From NCBI RefSeq assembly GCF_006345805.1, contig NW_021836293.1:1-64000 (forward strand): a stretch of 64,000 nucleotides of DNA, written 5' to 3'. The translations under genes and the position numbers were made by a program. Positions 11,621 to 25,362 of this stretch are shown one piece after another. Each line of letters opens with the position of its first letter. The stretch's first letter is position 1. This DNA comes from Octopus sinensis. Taxonomy: Eukaryota. The notes under the pieces are model-generated. The model was not told the origin of the DNA. It worked only from the letters and a program-made list of their open reading frames with translations, and searched no databases.

Positions 11621-13959
11621 GTTCGATCTGTACGAGGAACAATATAAATATGTAAGGCGTTCGCTCATTTCAAACTCAATTGTTGTTATCTAAATTCAAA
11701 CTCTTCATTGTTTTTATCTAAAGAGCTCTGTTTCTTTGCTACAAAAACCACCTCGAGCCTTATTAGCTAAAATTCAAATTATTTAAAAAGATAATCTACG
11801 TGTATGTAAAAGTATATTTACGTGTACGTACACATGTACTGAAATAAGCAAGTATTTGAAACTAGCTTCACTTATATGGGGAAACCTTGCCGCGATGTTA
11901 GTGAAAGGCTGACATTCCGTTGATAGCAGAAATAAATTGTAATTACATAATCTTTTACCGTTGCAATTAATAAGGTAGAGTTGTCTCCCTTACAACGTCT
12001 GTATTTCAATTCACTCAGACAAACTAACTACGACGTTTGTATTTTTATATCGCAAATTTTTAGTTCCGTTATTACAGGCATCGTCTCCACCACCATCATC
12101 ACTACCACCACCATCATCATCATCATTTTCATCATCCTTACTCTTTATATTATTATCACAATCTTAATACAACATATGCAGCTTCAAATGATCTGATATA
12201 TCACCAGAAAGTATAAATTGGTGAAGAGTTTTTCTGCTTATCTTCTGTTAATTTTCTTTTTTTTTTTTCTCTATTGGATTCTGCACTCTAATATTTTTTA
12301 ATATTGAATTTGTAGTGTTTATGGTTCTCTTAAAATCATTTAGTGATATAACTGAATTAAAAGACATGCAAATGGAAACTGTAACAAAATTCGAAGAATT
12401 ATTTCACCAAGGTCATACCACTGATATACAATACCTGTCACCCTTGTACTGCCTGACTGAGCCAATGGGAGAACATTTATATAAATAAACACAACTATAA
12501 TGCAGTACCATTTTGCAATCCTATTCAGATAGGAAGTGTCTGTGATCATACAGCTTGTATAATACAATAGACATTTCTCCTTGAATAAGCACAATACTGT
12601 CTTTAAAATAGGAACCCCAAGTTTTTGTTTAACATGTTCTGCAATAACTACACTTTATACCATTGGTCAAATGCTAAAGCCTACGCACCAGCTCTCTTGT
12701 CTCTATATCAGTTATACTTGCTCTGCAGATTGAATTCAATCAGTTACGACTGCATAACAAGACTTCTTAAGAATTAATTGAATTCATTCAACAACAATTT
12801 CATTTTTATGATTTCACATCGCTATCATATCACCTTAATTCAGTTAATGAAAAATTTATAGAAATGCACTGAGATAGTTTGTATCAATATCATAGAACAT
12901 TTCCACTAAACTTTGACCTTATGTAATAACCTTTCTCACTATCTGAAGAAAAGTAATTCTAAAACATTGTCTCTATCTTAATAGCAATCAAAATAGTAGA
13001 AGAGGAGTTGAGTTTGTAGCAAATCAAATTTGCAGCTCACTAATTTTCAACTCAAGTTCAGTTCTTAGTTATAGTTATTTCGCTTATTCTGATAATTTCT
13101 TTCAAAAAGAAATAAAAGTTTGAATAGGTATTCTTAATTATTTAAAATAATATCTAATAAGTAAGGAAATTTGCATTTATTTATTTCAATATTAAGGTTA
13201 ATTACTTTCTGGGCTACATCATAAGAATATATATCATTCTCAATATTTGACTGGCACACTGTTTTTTTTTTTGTTTTTTTTATGTTTGTAGAGTAACAGA
13301 CATGCATTGTTGAATATATTTACATTCTTTTACTAATCGTTCCAGATTTTAAAATATGTGTACTAATAGCAAAGTTAGAAAAAATATCAAGGCGTCTTTG
13401 AATGTTTTCATGCACACCCTCTCTCCAATGGTGACTGTGGCAGAAACAATATTACTATGTCCTCTTTAGCCTGAGTTGAAAGGAACGTTTTTGAAACATT
13501 TTTTATGGTTGATGCTCTGCTAGATACCAACTTTTTAGTTGCCTCTAACAATATGTGGAATACCTATTCTAAAAACTGGAGAACATTTAGAATTAATAAG
13601 TAATTAATTAGGTTTCTATTGATGGATAAATAAATTATTATATACACCTATCAATTAGTTATGTTTAACTACTGGTGTAGTTTCATTTATTTTTATTTAT
13701 AGGTGTCAATATAATTGATTATACCCCTGCTCAAAGAATATGTGATCTTGTGCCAATATTGAACTTTTTATTAATGGAATCAATGGATCATCAGACAAAA
13801 TGTTTTGTCATCATATCTAATTATGACTCTTTACATTCTGAGTACAATTCTAAACATGGGTGACTTTATCTTTCATCCATCTAAAGTGGATAAAACAAAG
13901 TATCAATAAAGTACATCTTATCTATACAATCCTACTCCAAATTTGTGGTCTTGTGCCAG

Positions 13960-14275
13960 TCATCATCATCATTGCCATATCATCATCATCATCATCATCA
14001 TCATTTGACATCCATTTTCCATGTTGGCATGTGTTAGATGGCTTGACAGGAACTGGTAAGGCTAGGGGCTGCACCAGGTTCCATAATATGTTTTGGCTTG
14101 ATTTTTATGGCTGGATGCCCTTCCTAATGCCAACCACTCCACAGAGTGTACTGGGTGTTTTTTACATGGCACCATCACAGGTGCTTTTTAAATACCACCA
14201 GCATCAGTACTTTTTACATGGCGCCTTGGTTTTAGGATCTCAATTCTGCTGTGGTGGGCAGGTCTTTTCAAGTAC
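13960..14275 (-). mobile_element. RTE-family 3' tail fragment with (GAT)n end
   Basis: GGCTGGATGCCCTTCCTAATGCCAACCACTC shared with 34048-34078 and, inverted, with 47230-47260. Confidence 0.8.
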
Positions 14276-14349
14276 AGCGATTCTTATTGCTATTTCTAGT
14301 ATTATCTTCTTCATGATCATTAACAATGAGGAAATCTGTATGTGATTGT

Positions 14350-14860
14350 TCAACCTGCTAAAAATAACAGTCAGATCTCTCTTGACATTCTCTCAAAAAA
14401 TGAAAAGGCAGTATTGGATAATGTATACTGATATAAACTGTCTTAAAAGATGGAATGGTCAAGGTTAGAATGCTTTTGATCATATGCCAGATCAAACGGA
14501 GCTGACCTTGGGCTAAACAACAACAAGGTTAACATATTTTCAAGGAAGATCTGACTGTAATCAAAGTTTGACAAAATCAATAATGTATCTAACAATAAAA
14601 AATCATTGATCCTAACGTATAACAAAGCATTTCTTCTCTATATAGGTACCATCTGGTCCATGTTCTGTTTACAATGATTTCTTCACTTAACAGTTGTTGT
14701 TTAGCCTCAAACCAGGCCTCATGAAACAGAGTGTGATCAAAGGTTTTCCAGCTACGACCATATCATCTTTTCTTCAGGCATAATATATCTTGGATAACAT
14801 TCTCCAATGTTCTTTTTTCTTTTTTAAGACTGTAGTGTATAACCTGAGGATGTTACTTCA
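14350..14860. repeat. Two oppositely oriented copies of an unclassified dispersed repeat
   Basis: GACCTTGGGCTAAACAACAAC / GTTGTTGTTTAGCC...GATCAAAGG; related pieces at 5350-5460, 48280-48400, 51950-52110. Confidence 0.55.
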
Positions 14861-15574
14861 AGAGAGAATTGCTATGCCATCTCTACTGGATTAGTTTCTC
14901 TCTTACCTTGATATTTTCTGTAAATAAGAATGTATTAATTCAACTATCACCCTCATCCTTCTAATTTTTTTTCCTGTTACTCATTGGCTTAGACATTGTA
15001 AATCATATAGCCAATTTGAATGAGTGAACCCTTCTCCTATAAATGTTAATTTTGTTTTAACTAAACTTAAAATTACAAAGCTGAAATGCTACAACATTAT
15101 GTGAATTCATCTTTACATAGCATAGCTGAGTAAGCAAAGTGCACATGCCGTATATTTCCACTTGTTACACAACCATAATGTAATGTAAATTTGTAATTAT
15201 TGTTTAATGCTGAAAATGTGACCCAATTAATTTACACTAGTTATTTGTATTGCAGTTTTGCTTGACAGTATAAAGTTTAAATTGAAAATGTACACTATAA
15301 AACCCTTCTTACCTATTTAAAAATCCCAGCAAGATTTAATGGGATGCTTATTATGACAATGTCTATGATATTTTAGTTATAACATGATTCGTTCAACCAG
15401 TTTTATTTATGAGAAAAATAATAATTAGATTCAATTATTATACAATGAATTTAATCCAACAAACTAGGAAAATAAAATAGCTAGTCTGTTAATTAGAATC
15501 TTATTAAAATTAATTAAATAAGTTTACCTATTTATCATTGCCTTTCAATGTTATTATCATATTTTGTCTAATTT

Positions 15575-15915
15575 AAAGTGTGTTAGATCTCAAAAGTATT
15601 CTGAATATTGGATCAACTTTACACAACCAGTCATTCATGAATAAAAAGATCAGAATTACTGAATCAAAATTGATAGCTTGCAAGTATTTAAATCAAAGTG
15701 TATTGGATCTCGGAAGTATTCAGAGTGTTGGATCAACTTTAAGCATACAATTCTTCATAAACATTGAAGGCAGTATTGTACTTCAACAGTAGAACAAGTA
15801 CAGAGTCACTGAATCAGAATCAAAAACTTGCAAGCATTTAATATGGGGGGAACTGAATCTTGCAAATATTCTAAGCACTGGATCAACCAATACACTCCAT
15901 TTTCATACAAATTAA
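15575..15915 (+). repeat. Degenerate triplication, periods 120 and 150 bp
   Basis: GGATCAAC anchor at 15610, 15730 and 15880; ACTGAATCA and CTTGCAAG.ATTTAA repeated. Confidence 0.8.
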
Positions 15916-16721
15916 AAGCAGTATATGCACATAACATAGGGTCACTTAAATTGCAATGACTATAGCATATGCTAGTCTTATTACTAGACTAATCCAGTAC
16001 TGAGAATATAATGGATCTATTTTTGTTATCAAAACATTTTCTGATAAGCTTTAACTACTGCAGGGTAATGATTAGAAATGATTTCATAAACATTTTGACC
16101 AAAACACCCCAATTTTTTTTAATACACAAATAAGATGTAATTGTTTTACAAGAGGTTTCTTTTGCATTTATACTAATTTCAGAGTTGAATTAAAATCTGT
16201 TAGCTACATCACTTTTAAAGTATTAGCTTTCACTAAAATATTTCCTTGCATGCAATTACAGTGGATCTAAAATCTAAAATCTTCAAGATAATATTCTCCA
16301 AGTGTTTTCAGCTTCAATCTTCAAATTTATTGAAATTTTATGATTAAAAAAATAAAATACAGGTTAAAAATGTTCAATCAATTTTTGATATTGAATACTA
16401 AAAGAAAACAGAATAATTATACAGAGAAGAGTCTGGTTTTTAACTAATGCTCCCAAGAATGAAAACAAAATCTTTACTGAAATTTTATTCACCAAAAAAT
16501 ATCATTCTTATGGAAAGGTATTAAAAAAAACTTTAGGTTAAATGGGTTTAATTTTTCCATAAACAAAATGTCCCTGGAAACATTAGCAGAAAGCACCAAC
16601 TGATAACATTAGATTAACTGCTTGGCTGTCTATGTTGATTTGATATAAAGCCATTGAAAGAAATTAAATTTAATCCTTCATAAAGAAACAGGAAATTTAA
16701 GATGTTTAGGAAATGATGCAA

Positions 16722-17290
16722 GCATAGCCATGTGGCACAATAAGTTTGTGTTACAGTCACATGTTTTTATGTCCAGTTTTACTGTATCATGCCTCAGGCA
16801 AGTGTTTTCTGCTGGAGACATGAATTGACTAATGCTTTAGTAAGTAGAATATGATAGACAAATAAGTATGTGGAACTCCATTGTAAATGTGGGTGGGGGG
16901 CATGTATATATGTATTTATACATACATATATATGTGTGTTTCTGTGTGTGTGCACTTGTGTGTGTGGGTATGTACATGTTTGTGTGTATGTGTGTGCATG
17001 CATGTGTATGTGTGCATGTGTGTGTGCATGTGTGTGTGTGTATGCATGCTTGTGTGTGCGTGTGCTTGTGTGTGTGAATGTTTGTGTGTGTGTATGTATG
17101 AGCCCATGTCACAATCAGTGTTGACATGCTTCACTTCATACTGCCTTAGAGACAGATAACAGAGATGATGAAATTTGTAGTGGAGAGAAACAGCTACTGG
17201 GATGAATATGATCAACTAAACCCTTAAAGAAGGCTCAGAATCATAGCCACAGTCTAATAACTAAAACCAGTGCAAGAATAGGAATAGGAA
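16722..17290 (+). mobile_element. Old SINE family A copy with expanded internal (TG/TGCA) microsatellite
   Basis: Degenerate head (GCCATGTGG...GGCAAGTGTTTTCT) and tail (GCCACAGTCTAATAACTAAAACCAG). Confidence 0.55.
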
Positions 17291-18144
17291 ACTTGAAATC
17301 TCAATGCCTTTATCAAAAATACTAGCAGCTTTAGCAAGTTGGAATGGCTTTATGTAGAAATCAAAATCAGATGACCAAAAGAAAAGCAAGAAGCAAGATA
17401 TTTGTTCGATGTTTGGCAGTGTGTGATATGGGAGAGTATGGTTGGAGGTGATATGGTGCAGCAGTATGGTGTAAGCAATGTGAGATACTTAATATAGTTC
17501 TGCGTGGTATATTGTGTCTCAGCGTATGTTGTGATATTTAGCAGTGTATGAAATGATGTCTAGTTATATAACATCCAGTGTGTAGCCATATGTGATATAG
17601 TGTGCCAATATGTATGGTGTGTAACAGTGAGTAATAAGGTATATAATAATGTATATGTGTTCTGTTGTATTTAGTAGTGTTGAATATGGAGTGAAGCAGT
17701 ATTTTACATAGCATGTTGTAGTGTGAAATATGCTGCATAGCAGTGGATGATGTTGTGTGTAGGTGTGTACTACTGAAGGGAAGAACAGCATATATATATT
17801 GTAGCAGTGTCTGAAGCAATATGTTCTAGTACAGAATATTCTATTACAGTATTTCATATTGAATGAAAATATGAAATGTGTGAACACAGATTTTTGCCAT
17901 TCTTGCTTTTTATTTATTTATTTTTTTTGATAGCCATATAAATGCATTTGGGGATATGGGGCTTGCAGATTGAGCTAACCCCCAACCTCAGTATATATCT
18001 GGTACTTATATCATTGATTCCAAACAGTGATGAAGAAGAAAATGGATATCAGTCAGGTTTCAACCAAGTGAATATAATAAGATAAAATTAAATACATTTT
18101 GAAGTTTAGTCCAATACTTTACCAATTCTGTAATTCATTCATTC

Positions 18145-18224
18145 ATGATTGTAAAGGTTGCTGACCTTGTGCAAATATCATTTCTAATTGATATTAGCAC
18201 AAGGTCAGCAACCTTTGCAATCAT
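18145..18224. repeat. Near-perfect hairpin, 36-bp arms, 8-nt loop
   Basis: ATGATTGTAAAGGTTGCTGACCTTGTGCAAATATCA vs TGATATTAGCACAAGGTCAGCAACCTTTGCAATCAT; 2 mismatches. Confidence 0.93.
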
Positions 18225-18454
18225 TTGTCTTCAATTTTGCAAATTCCCACACATAACATGAAAGTACTAATTCTACCACATGTTCTCTTCTACTTCTGTA
18301 ACTCACATTGGCACAAGGTTACAAGTTGTCAGATTAGGTGTGTAGCCACTTGAAATGACCCATGTTTGCTTCATTAAAAAATGATATTCCTGTCTTTGAG
18401 CATTTAATTGTTGAGGTTTTAAAAGAAATGTATCTGTAAACTATAATACCGAGC

Positions 18455-18910
18455 TGACTGTACACAGTGCTCAGGTATACTGCAATTCACCAGAAAAGGG
18501 TGAAAGAGTTGACAGAGAGCAGTAATAAACCAAGTGAAGAAAAATAGCAATGATAGTAAAAAGTACCTACTTAGTACTCAGGATAAAACACAAAAAGATA
18601 GAAAAATGAACAGTAAACAATCTATAAATAAGAGAAGGTGCCTGGAAGTGTTGGTGGATTTTGGGAAGAATGGAATTTTTTTAATGTATAGAGATCTCTG
18701 ATTGCAAACAGCCAAAGCAGGTAGTTTATTCGATGCTTTGACAATTCTGAGCATAAAAATGTATTGCTGAATGTCATGGATGCTGTGCTCTTTTTGATTT
18801 TATAAGCATGTCTATGGACAGCAGAGATACTGAATTCAAAAAGATAGCCAAAGTTGTTGCTCAATAGATAGCTAATAATCTTGCAGTCTTCTACCATGTC
18901 AGCTGTTAAA
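18455..18910 (-). mobile_element. Older CR1-group 3' fragment, related to 9411-9930
   Basis: Shared terminus GTACACAGTGCTCAGGT...CAGAAA; HAYKIKK and RIVKASNKLPA relics. Confidence 0.6.
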
Positions 18911-18999
18911 CATTAACACGGAAAATTTTTCTACAACATGCTAACAATTTGGTCAGCTCACTGCCCTATTCTGCCTGCTCAATATTATTAGTATTATTA

Positions 19000-19560
19000 T
19001 TGAGGGAGATAGCAACGCATGCCATCAGAGTGACACTGGGATACAAAGATTTGAAGCCAATTATACCAATTGTGACTGCCTGTCTGATAAGTGTACACTG
19101 GGTACATGCATCATGACCATATGTGCATGACATAGGGATTTCATATTAAGGTAAACAGTGCATGACCTTGCAGGTGAGACCCAATTAGAACTTTCTTCAA
19201 GTCAAGGAGCCTATCCCACTTAAAAGGTCCCTGGATAAGGGTTGTGTAAGGATGTTGAACAAAACACCCTTGTTTCCCGAGGTCAATTATTCAAACCCCA
19301 AAGAGCTACTCTCAAAACATGGTTACAATGCTTCTCCACTACTTCTGCTCATGATCAGATATGCACATATTGTCAGCCACCAAGGAACATGCTCAATTGG
19401 TTAAAGTCAAACAACTGACAAGCAAATCTATGTTACTGAGCAGAATATTTACTGTAGCCCATCTTTTACACCAAGGCAAAATATGTACATAATAACATTT
19501 TCAATCAGTTAAGATTAGAACCTATGAGAACCAGTAGCTGGTATTGCATCAAGGCATTTA
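19000..19560. mobile_element. ~560-bp non-coding interspersed element flanked by (TAT)n
   Basis: Sequence block between TATTATTAT (18992-19000) and TTATTATTATT (19558-19568); no ORF. Confidence 0.55.
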
Positions 19561-19579
19561 TTATTATTGTTGTTGTTGT

Positions 19580-19870
19580 TATTCAACAGTCTTATTTTTA
19601 TCACATGCTTTCACTGCACTACCAAGCGCAGCTCTGTGTGCCTTGGGTATGTGCAGTTGTTTGTTGTGATGCTCTTATTGTTACTGTATTGAAAGTGTTT
19701 TACGTAGGATGTGTGTAGTGCCTAGTAGTGCTATTTTCTGTATGCTATATATACTGGTTAGTGCTGATGTTTTTGTTATCTATTTATCTGAATATTTTTA
19801 TCATACCTAATGCACCTACTATGGTAGCAATTGTTTCTTCTTTTAGACTCCACATTCAAGTTACCTCTAT
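19580..19870 (-). mobile_element. R4/Dong-like RLE LINE 3' fragment
   Basis: MWSLKEET...IVGALGMIK and IQKIALLGTTHILRKTLS. Confidence 0.75.
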
Positions 19871-19891
19871 TTTTTTAATTATTATTATTAT

Positions 19892-19922
<31 letters not shown>

Positions 19923-19924
19923 TT

Positions 19925-22900
19925 TAAAATAGAATATGGTCCGGTGTCTTCTGCTTAACCAGGGTCATCCCTTGACCTTAGGGTTACAGCAGGTCCTCAT
20001 CTCATGGAGAGTACACGGCATAAAATGTGTGCGGAACCTAGCAACACTATTTTCTGAAGTTCTCCCATGTTAATGCTGCAAGGGAGTTTGTTGAGCTGCT
20101 TATCAAGGCCCTTTTTAATTAGCCCTGACACTCCAATCACCACTGGTGCTGTGCTGCTTTTCATTCTCCACATCTTAGTCACTTCTATTTCTAGGACTTT
20201 GTACTTCTCAACTTCTTTAATGGATACATTTCTCTCTGATGGTGCTGTCACATCTATCATTAAGCATTTCTTATTCTTCCCATCTTTGATGATTATGTCT
20301 GACCTGTTTGCCTTGATTTCTTTATCGGTATTCATTGGCATGTACCAGAGTACTGTTACATCATGTTTTCTGGATACAGCTTCAAGTTTATGCTGGTACC
20401 ATCTTTCTGAAGTTGGAAGCTGAGAGTGTTTACATATCTTCCAATGAATATATTGCGCTACTCTATGTCTATGAATATATTCATTTTTTTTCAAGTGCTG
20501 TGCATCCAATTAAAATGTAGTCCACTGTTTCATCCTGCTCACGACACATTCTGCATTTTGGGTCACTGCCATCGTTCATTATTTTGTTGTGGTAAGCTGG
20601 TTGCCAAGCTTTGATCTTGTGCTGCTATGATAAAACCTTAGTTTTCAGCCTTCAGTCCTGAGCTCTTCATCCATACACCAGTGTCTCATTTTTCTACACC
20701 TGGTTTGTTCACTCTACATGGGTATCGGCCATTCATCGGTTTATCTAGCCATTCTTTGTTGTTCTTCTTCTGGGCTTGTTTTTTTATCTCTTCCTTAACT
20801 CTTTTAGCAAACTGGGTTACTTTCTCACTCACCTTCATCCTAGGTTCCTCTGTTATCAGTTGTTTCTTAAACTGTACAGAATTTTTGTATACCTAGTATA
20901 GCTGCTTTACTTTATCATACTGGTGCACAAGCTTCATTAGAGAATCTTTTGACAGCTCAAGATACGTATTTAATCCTACAGTGGTGGTTTTGTAAGCTAA
21001 TTCTAATTGAGTTAGTCCTCTTCCCCCCATGCTTCTTGGTAAATAAATCTTGTTCACATCCGCTTTTGGGTGGTTCATTTGTGCCATGGTTAGTAGTTTT
21101 CTGGTCTTGGAGTCTAGCTTCTTTATTTCGCTCATTTGCCAGTTGATTATGTTGAAACTGTAAGCTACAATTGGTACTGCAAGAGTGTTAATGGCTTCTA
21201 TTTTGTTTGCAGCATTGCGTTCAGTCTTTATTACTAACCGTACTCTCCTGCAGTACTCTTTTCTAATCTTCTCTTTCATTGCTGAATGTTTTATGCCATT
21301 ACTTTCATCTATGTCAAGGTATTTGTATGCTTCTTTCTGGTCCAGTGCTCGGATTCTTGCTTCTGTATCTACGTGGATATCCGCAGAAGATGCCAGTTTG
21401 CCTCTTATGAAAGTGGCTTTCATGCATTTCTCCAGTCCAAACTGCAACCTGATATCATCACTGAACTTTTTAACCATAGCAAGTAGACCTTGTTGTTCGT
21501 AATCTTTGAGTACATTTTCAGATCATCCATGTAGAACAGATGACTCCCTTTTTTCTTCTTGATCTCATATCCATACCCGGTTTTATTGAGCATGGTACTT
21601 AATGATGCCAGTGCCAAGCAGAATCTTAAGGGTGGCAGCGAGTCCCCTTGGAAGATATCACTTTTGATTTTGATTGGTCTGCTTGTTATTGATCTATTGG
21701 AATGGTTCAGCGTCAACATAGTTTCCCATGTATTCATGCTGTGTTTCATAAACTTGATGAGAGTCGGAGATACTTTGTATACTTCCATCACTTTCAATTT
21801 CCATGAGTGAGGTACACTTTTTTTAGCTAATCCATGATGTGCGCAGGTTCGTTTTCCTGGTTTTGCAGTCTTCAAGGATCATTTTGTTTATCAGTAATTG
21901 GTCCTTGCATCCATAGCTCTCGCTTCAACAACCTTTTGTTCTGGTGGTAGTAGGTTGTTTTCTTCTAGGAATGTGTATGTTCTTTCAGTGATTACAGATG
22001 TTAATATTTATACAATGTTGGTAGACAGGTGATTGGTCTATAGTTCTTTAGGTTTTCTGGGTCATTGTTTTTGGTATCAGGTATGTCACTCTGTGTCAAC
22101 CAGTCCTTAATCCATTCTGCATCTTCATTATGTTGTTTTCCCTTTCCCATATCGTACTCCAGAAATTTTCCATATCCTCTTTCTTTGGGCAGCTGCTGAA
22201 CATTTATTAGTTGTTTACCGAGTTCCCTGTAAAATTTCTTTCCATCTTCTTTAAATAATTTGTTTTGTCTAAATTGTTTGCTTCTCTTTATATATCATGA
22301 CAATCATTGTGCCTTTGCTTGGATTTTTTGCTTTAGATTTTCTTTTGCTTCAGGTATTTCATTTTTTTGTTTGATCCCATGCTTTTTGTTTATTTTCTTG
22401 GCTTTTCTTTGGTTGACCTGGTTTCCATTACTTATTTCGGTCAGTATTGATAGATTGCCTCTCATGCATTGTATATTCTTTTCTAAGTTTTCTTTCCATT
22501 TTGGTTGTCTTTTCTTCTATTGAGCAGTTTTCTTTCTTAGTTTTATGCCTTTTGCTTCAGTAATAGCTGTAGCTGTAGCATAGGCTAGTTGGTTTAGCAA
22601 TGTTATATTTAGTGGTTCTATTCTTGTTGACTTATCTCATCTATTACATTATTGCCAATTTTAATCAACTCCTTCAGGTTCTTATCCATACTGACTTTTG
22701 GTAGAGGCTCTCTGTCTGTGGTGTCTTGTGCTTTTACCTGTTCCCATTTTCTATGTATTTCTTCTTTTAGTTCCAAATATTTCTCCCTATCCATGTCACT
22801 GTTTCGTGTTGTTGGTTGTTTTACAGGTTCTTCTATCTCATTACCCACAGAGGGTTCCTCAAATACATCCTCTTCTTGGTTTTCTGTAGTCCCTATTTCT

Positions 22901-23788
22901 ATTTCATTTGTATTTGGTTTTATACGGTGAGATCTGTTGACTTTTCTTTTTATGTGTTCCAGCTCAGTATCTGTGAGCCTCCTGTTTTTAATGATATCTC
23001 TTCAGGCATTCCCTAACTTGTTGGGATCCATATTTAACATTGAAGTTGAGTATTTTAGTCTCCATAATTGATAAGTCCTTTTTGTTGTGTTATCTTCTTG
23101 GTGGTGTGACTACCACCATGTAATATGTTTTCATTACTAGTTTATACTCTTCCCGATTCCATTTAGTTCTAGGGTTTTTGTGTGTAGTATGTCTTGCATA
23201 GGTGGGACTCAGCTTGAGGTTTTCCTCGGTTAAGTTGACCGGGAGTGGGTAGAGTTTGAATCAGTAACCAATTTTTCATTCCCAGCCTGACTCCTCATTA
23301 GGGGGCACACTCCTTGTTGACATGTGAGATGAGCAATACGGTATGGGTTGCTTTTATTGACTTAATTCATTATTGGTTAACTACTGGGTATATTCATGGT
23401 GATTGGCCACATAATGCTTGAGTACCTGAGTGTGCCCTATGCATATCACACACATTGCTGGTTCCGCCTTCAAAGCTGTTGTCCATCTAGCTCTATGCAT
23501 CATCCATCCTCTTTGCCATCTCAGACTTGATGCACTTAAGGGAAGGTATCCCTTCAGCCATAACAGCAGTCTAACTGCCGTTGCCCCTCTCTTAGTTTAG
23601 CACCACTGTCGAGAGGAGGTTCCAGGGAATGACCATCGTTGAGCACAACCGGCTAAGTGAGAGTCGAGCTTTTGTTGTGAACTAGTGATCATCATCCATG
23701 CTCTTGGCATGCAACAGATGGTGAACAGAAGTGCTATCACAAACGAATACCCCATATGCCCCGTATTATTGGGGCATATGGGTATTTG
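19925..23788 (-). mobile_element. Near full-length degraded R4/Dong-clade non-LTR retrotransposon (RT, CCHC, restriction-like endonuclease)
   Basis: N-terminal WNREEYKLVMKTYY; IFQGDSLPPLRFCLAL; HLFYMDDLK; FGLEKC; CRMCREQDETVDYILIGC; RHRVAQYIHWKIC; NRSDIII..CLMIDV..EKYKVLEIE; many frameshifts. Confidence 0.92.
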
Positions 23789-23829
23789 TATTATTATTGT
23801 TATTAAAATTATTATTATTATTCTTATAA

Positions 23830-24064
23830 TATCTTTGACTTTTGCTTTATATTTGTACAAGTTGGCTCCAAGTCTCACCCAGAGACCTCAAGAGACAAGT
23901 TAGCAGTTCGTGCTGGTGTTATGCCTATGGTGCCTTATGTATTTGGTTTTGTGCATAGGTGCAACCCATGCTAGCATGGAAAACAGACGCTAAACGATGA
24001 TGATGATGATGATGATGTTGTTGTTCTAGAGAATGTTTAAGAAACCATTAGAAAATTGTGTTTG

Positions 24065-24068
<4 letters not shown>
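23830..24068 (-). mobile_element. Probable Dong-like 3' UTR fragment containing a 55-bp RTE tail insert (23962-24016, plus)
   Basis: Lies between two (TTA)n tracts; insert CAACCCATGCTAGCATGGAAAACAGACGCTAAACGATGATG matches 47333-47387. Confidence 0.5.
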
Positions 24069-24126
<58 letters not shown>

Positions 24127-24179
24127 TAGTTTTATTTTTTATAGCGTGCTAATAATATTATTATTATTATTATTTTATT

Positions 24180-25362
24180 GTTTTTGCACAGCTTCTAACA
24201 CTGGAGATGTACTATGGTGTCACTACCTTATTTTTCGAGCACCATTCGGAGTATTCATGTGATTCCGAGCAGTTCTGTTTTCTGCAAGTGCTCCACCCTT
24301 ATTGCAGCCCCTATTTGTTCCATGTACTTCTCAAGATTTTTACTCACAGTTCCCAGGGTTTCAACAGTTATTGGTACTACTACCACTTTTTCAGCAACCA
24401 CAACTGCTTAACCTCCCAAGCTAACCTGATATATCTATCGACTTTTCTTTCTTCCTTATTGCATACCTTTTTGTCAGCTGGACATGCAATATCTATGGTC
24501 CAGCATCGTTTGTTTTCTTTCTCAATTAACACTATGTCTGGTTTCCTATTCTCTATCTCATGGTCGCACTGAATCATAAAATCACATAAGATCTTTGCAT
24601 TATGATTTTCAATAATGCCTTTGGGTTTATGTTCATACCACTTTTTTGCTCTGTCAAGTCCGTACTTGTTGCAAAGTTTCCAATGGATAATCCTTGCTAT
24701 GTTGTCATGATGTCTCCTATATTCTTTCTGGGCTAGTAGCATACATTGACTGGTAATATGCCATACGGTTTCACCATTTTGGGCACAAATTCTGCACTTA
24801 CCATTTTCTGATGTGTTGTCTATTTTGTATTTGATGTAATTGGTTCTTGCTTGCTCGTGGGCAGCACAGATTAGAGCCTCCATTTCCAGTTTTAAATCAC
24901 TTTTAGTCATCTATAGCCATCTTTATTTTCTGTCTGTTTTATCTTCAACATCCCTATGGAATTGTCCATGCATTCTCTTCTTTATCTACCTATTTTCAGT
25001 TTCATTCATTCTCAAGTGCTTGAACAGTGCTTTATCTTTGCAATCTTCCTTACTACACAAGCCTGACTTTTTTTACTTCCAGTTATAGTGGTTCTGTGGC
25101 ATTTTTTACATACCATGCTATGTTGTTTTCTTCTGCTCTAATACTGTGTTCACATCCAATCGGTTCTCTTCCCCCTCTTTTTCTTGGTACATAAAGTCTG
25201 TCTATGTCACTTTTTGGATGGAGTATCCCATATCTAGTCAGCAACTTCCTTGTCTTTCTGTCTAAACTGTTTAGTTCATCTACTGTCCATGCGATTACTC
25301 CTGCTCCATATCTAAGTAGTGAAACCACACAGGTGTTGATAGCTTCAATCTTATTCCACCCA

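Noticed and set aside
12343-12488. Possible plus-strand exon DITELKDMQMETVTKFEELFHQG...
   Set aside because: Weak acceptor, no recognisable homology, no partner exons
17420-17830. GT-rich quasi-periodic tract
   Set aside because: Low-complexity decayed simple repeat without a stable unit
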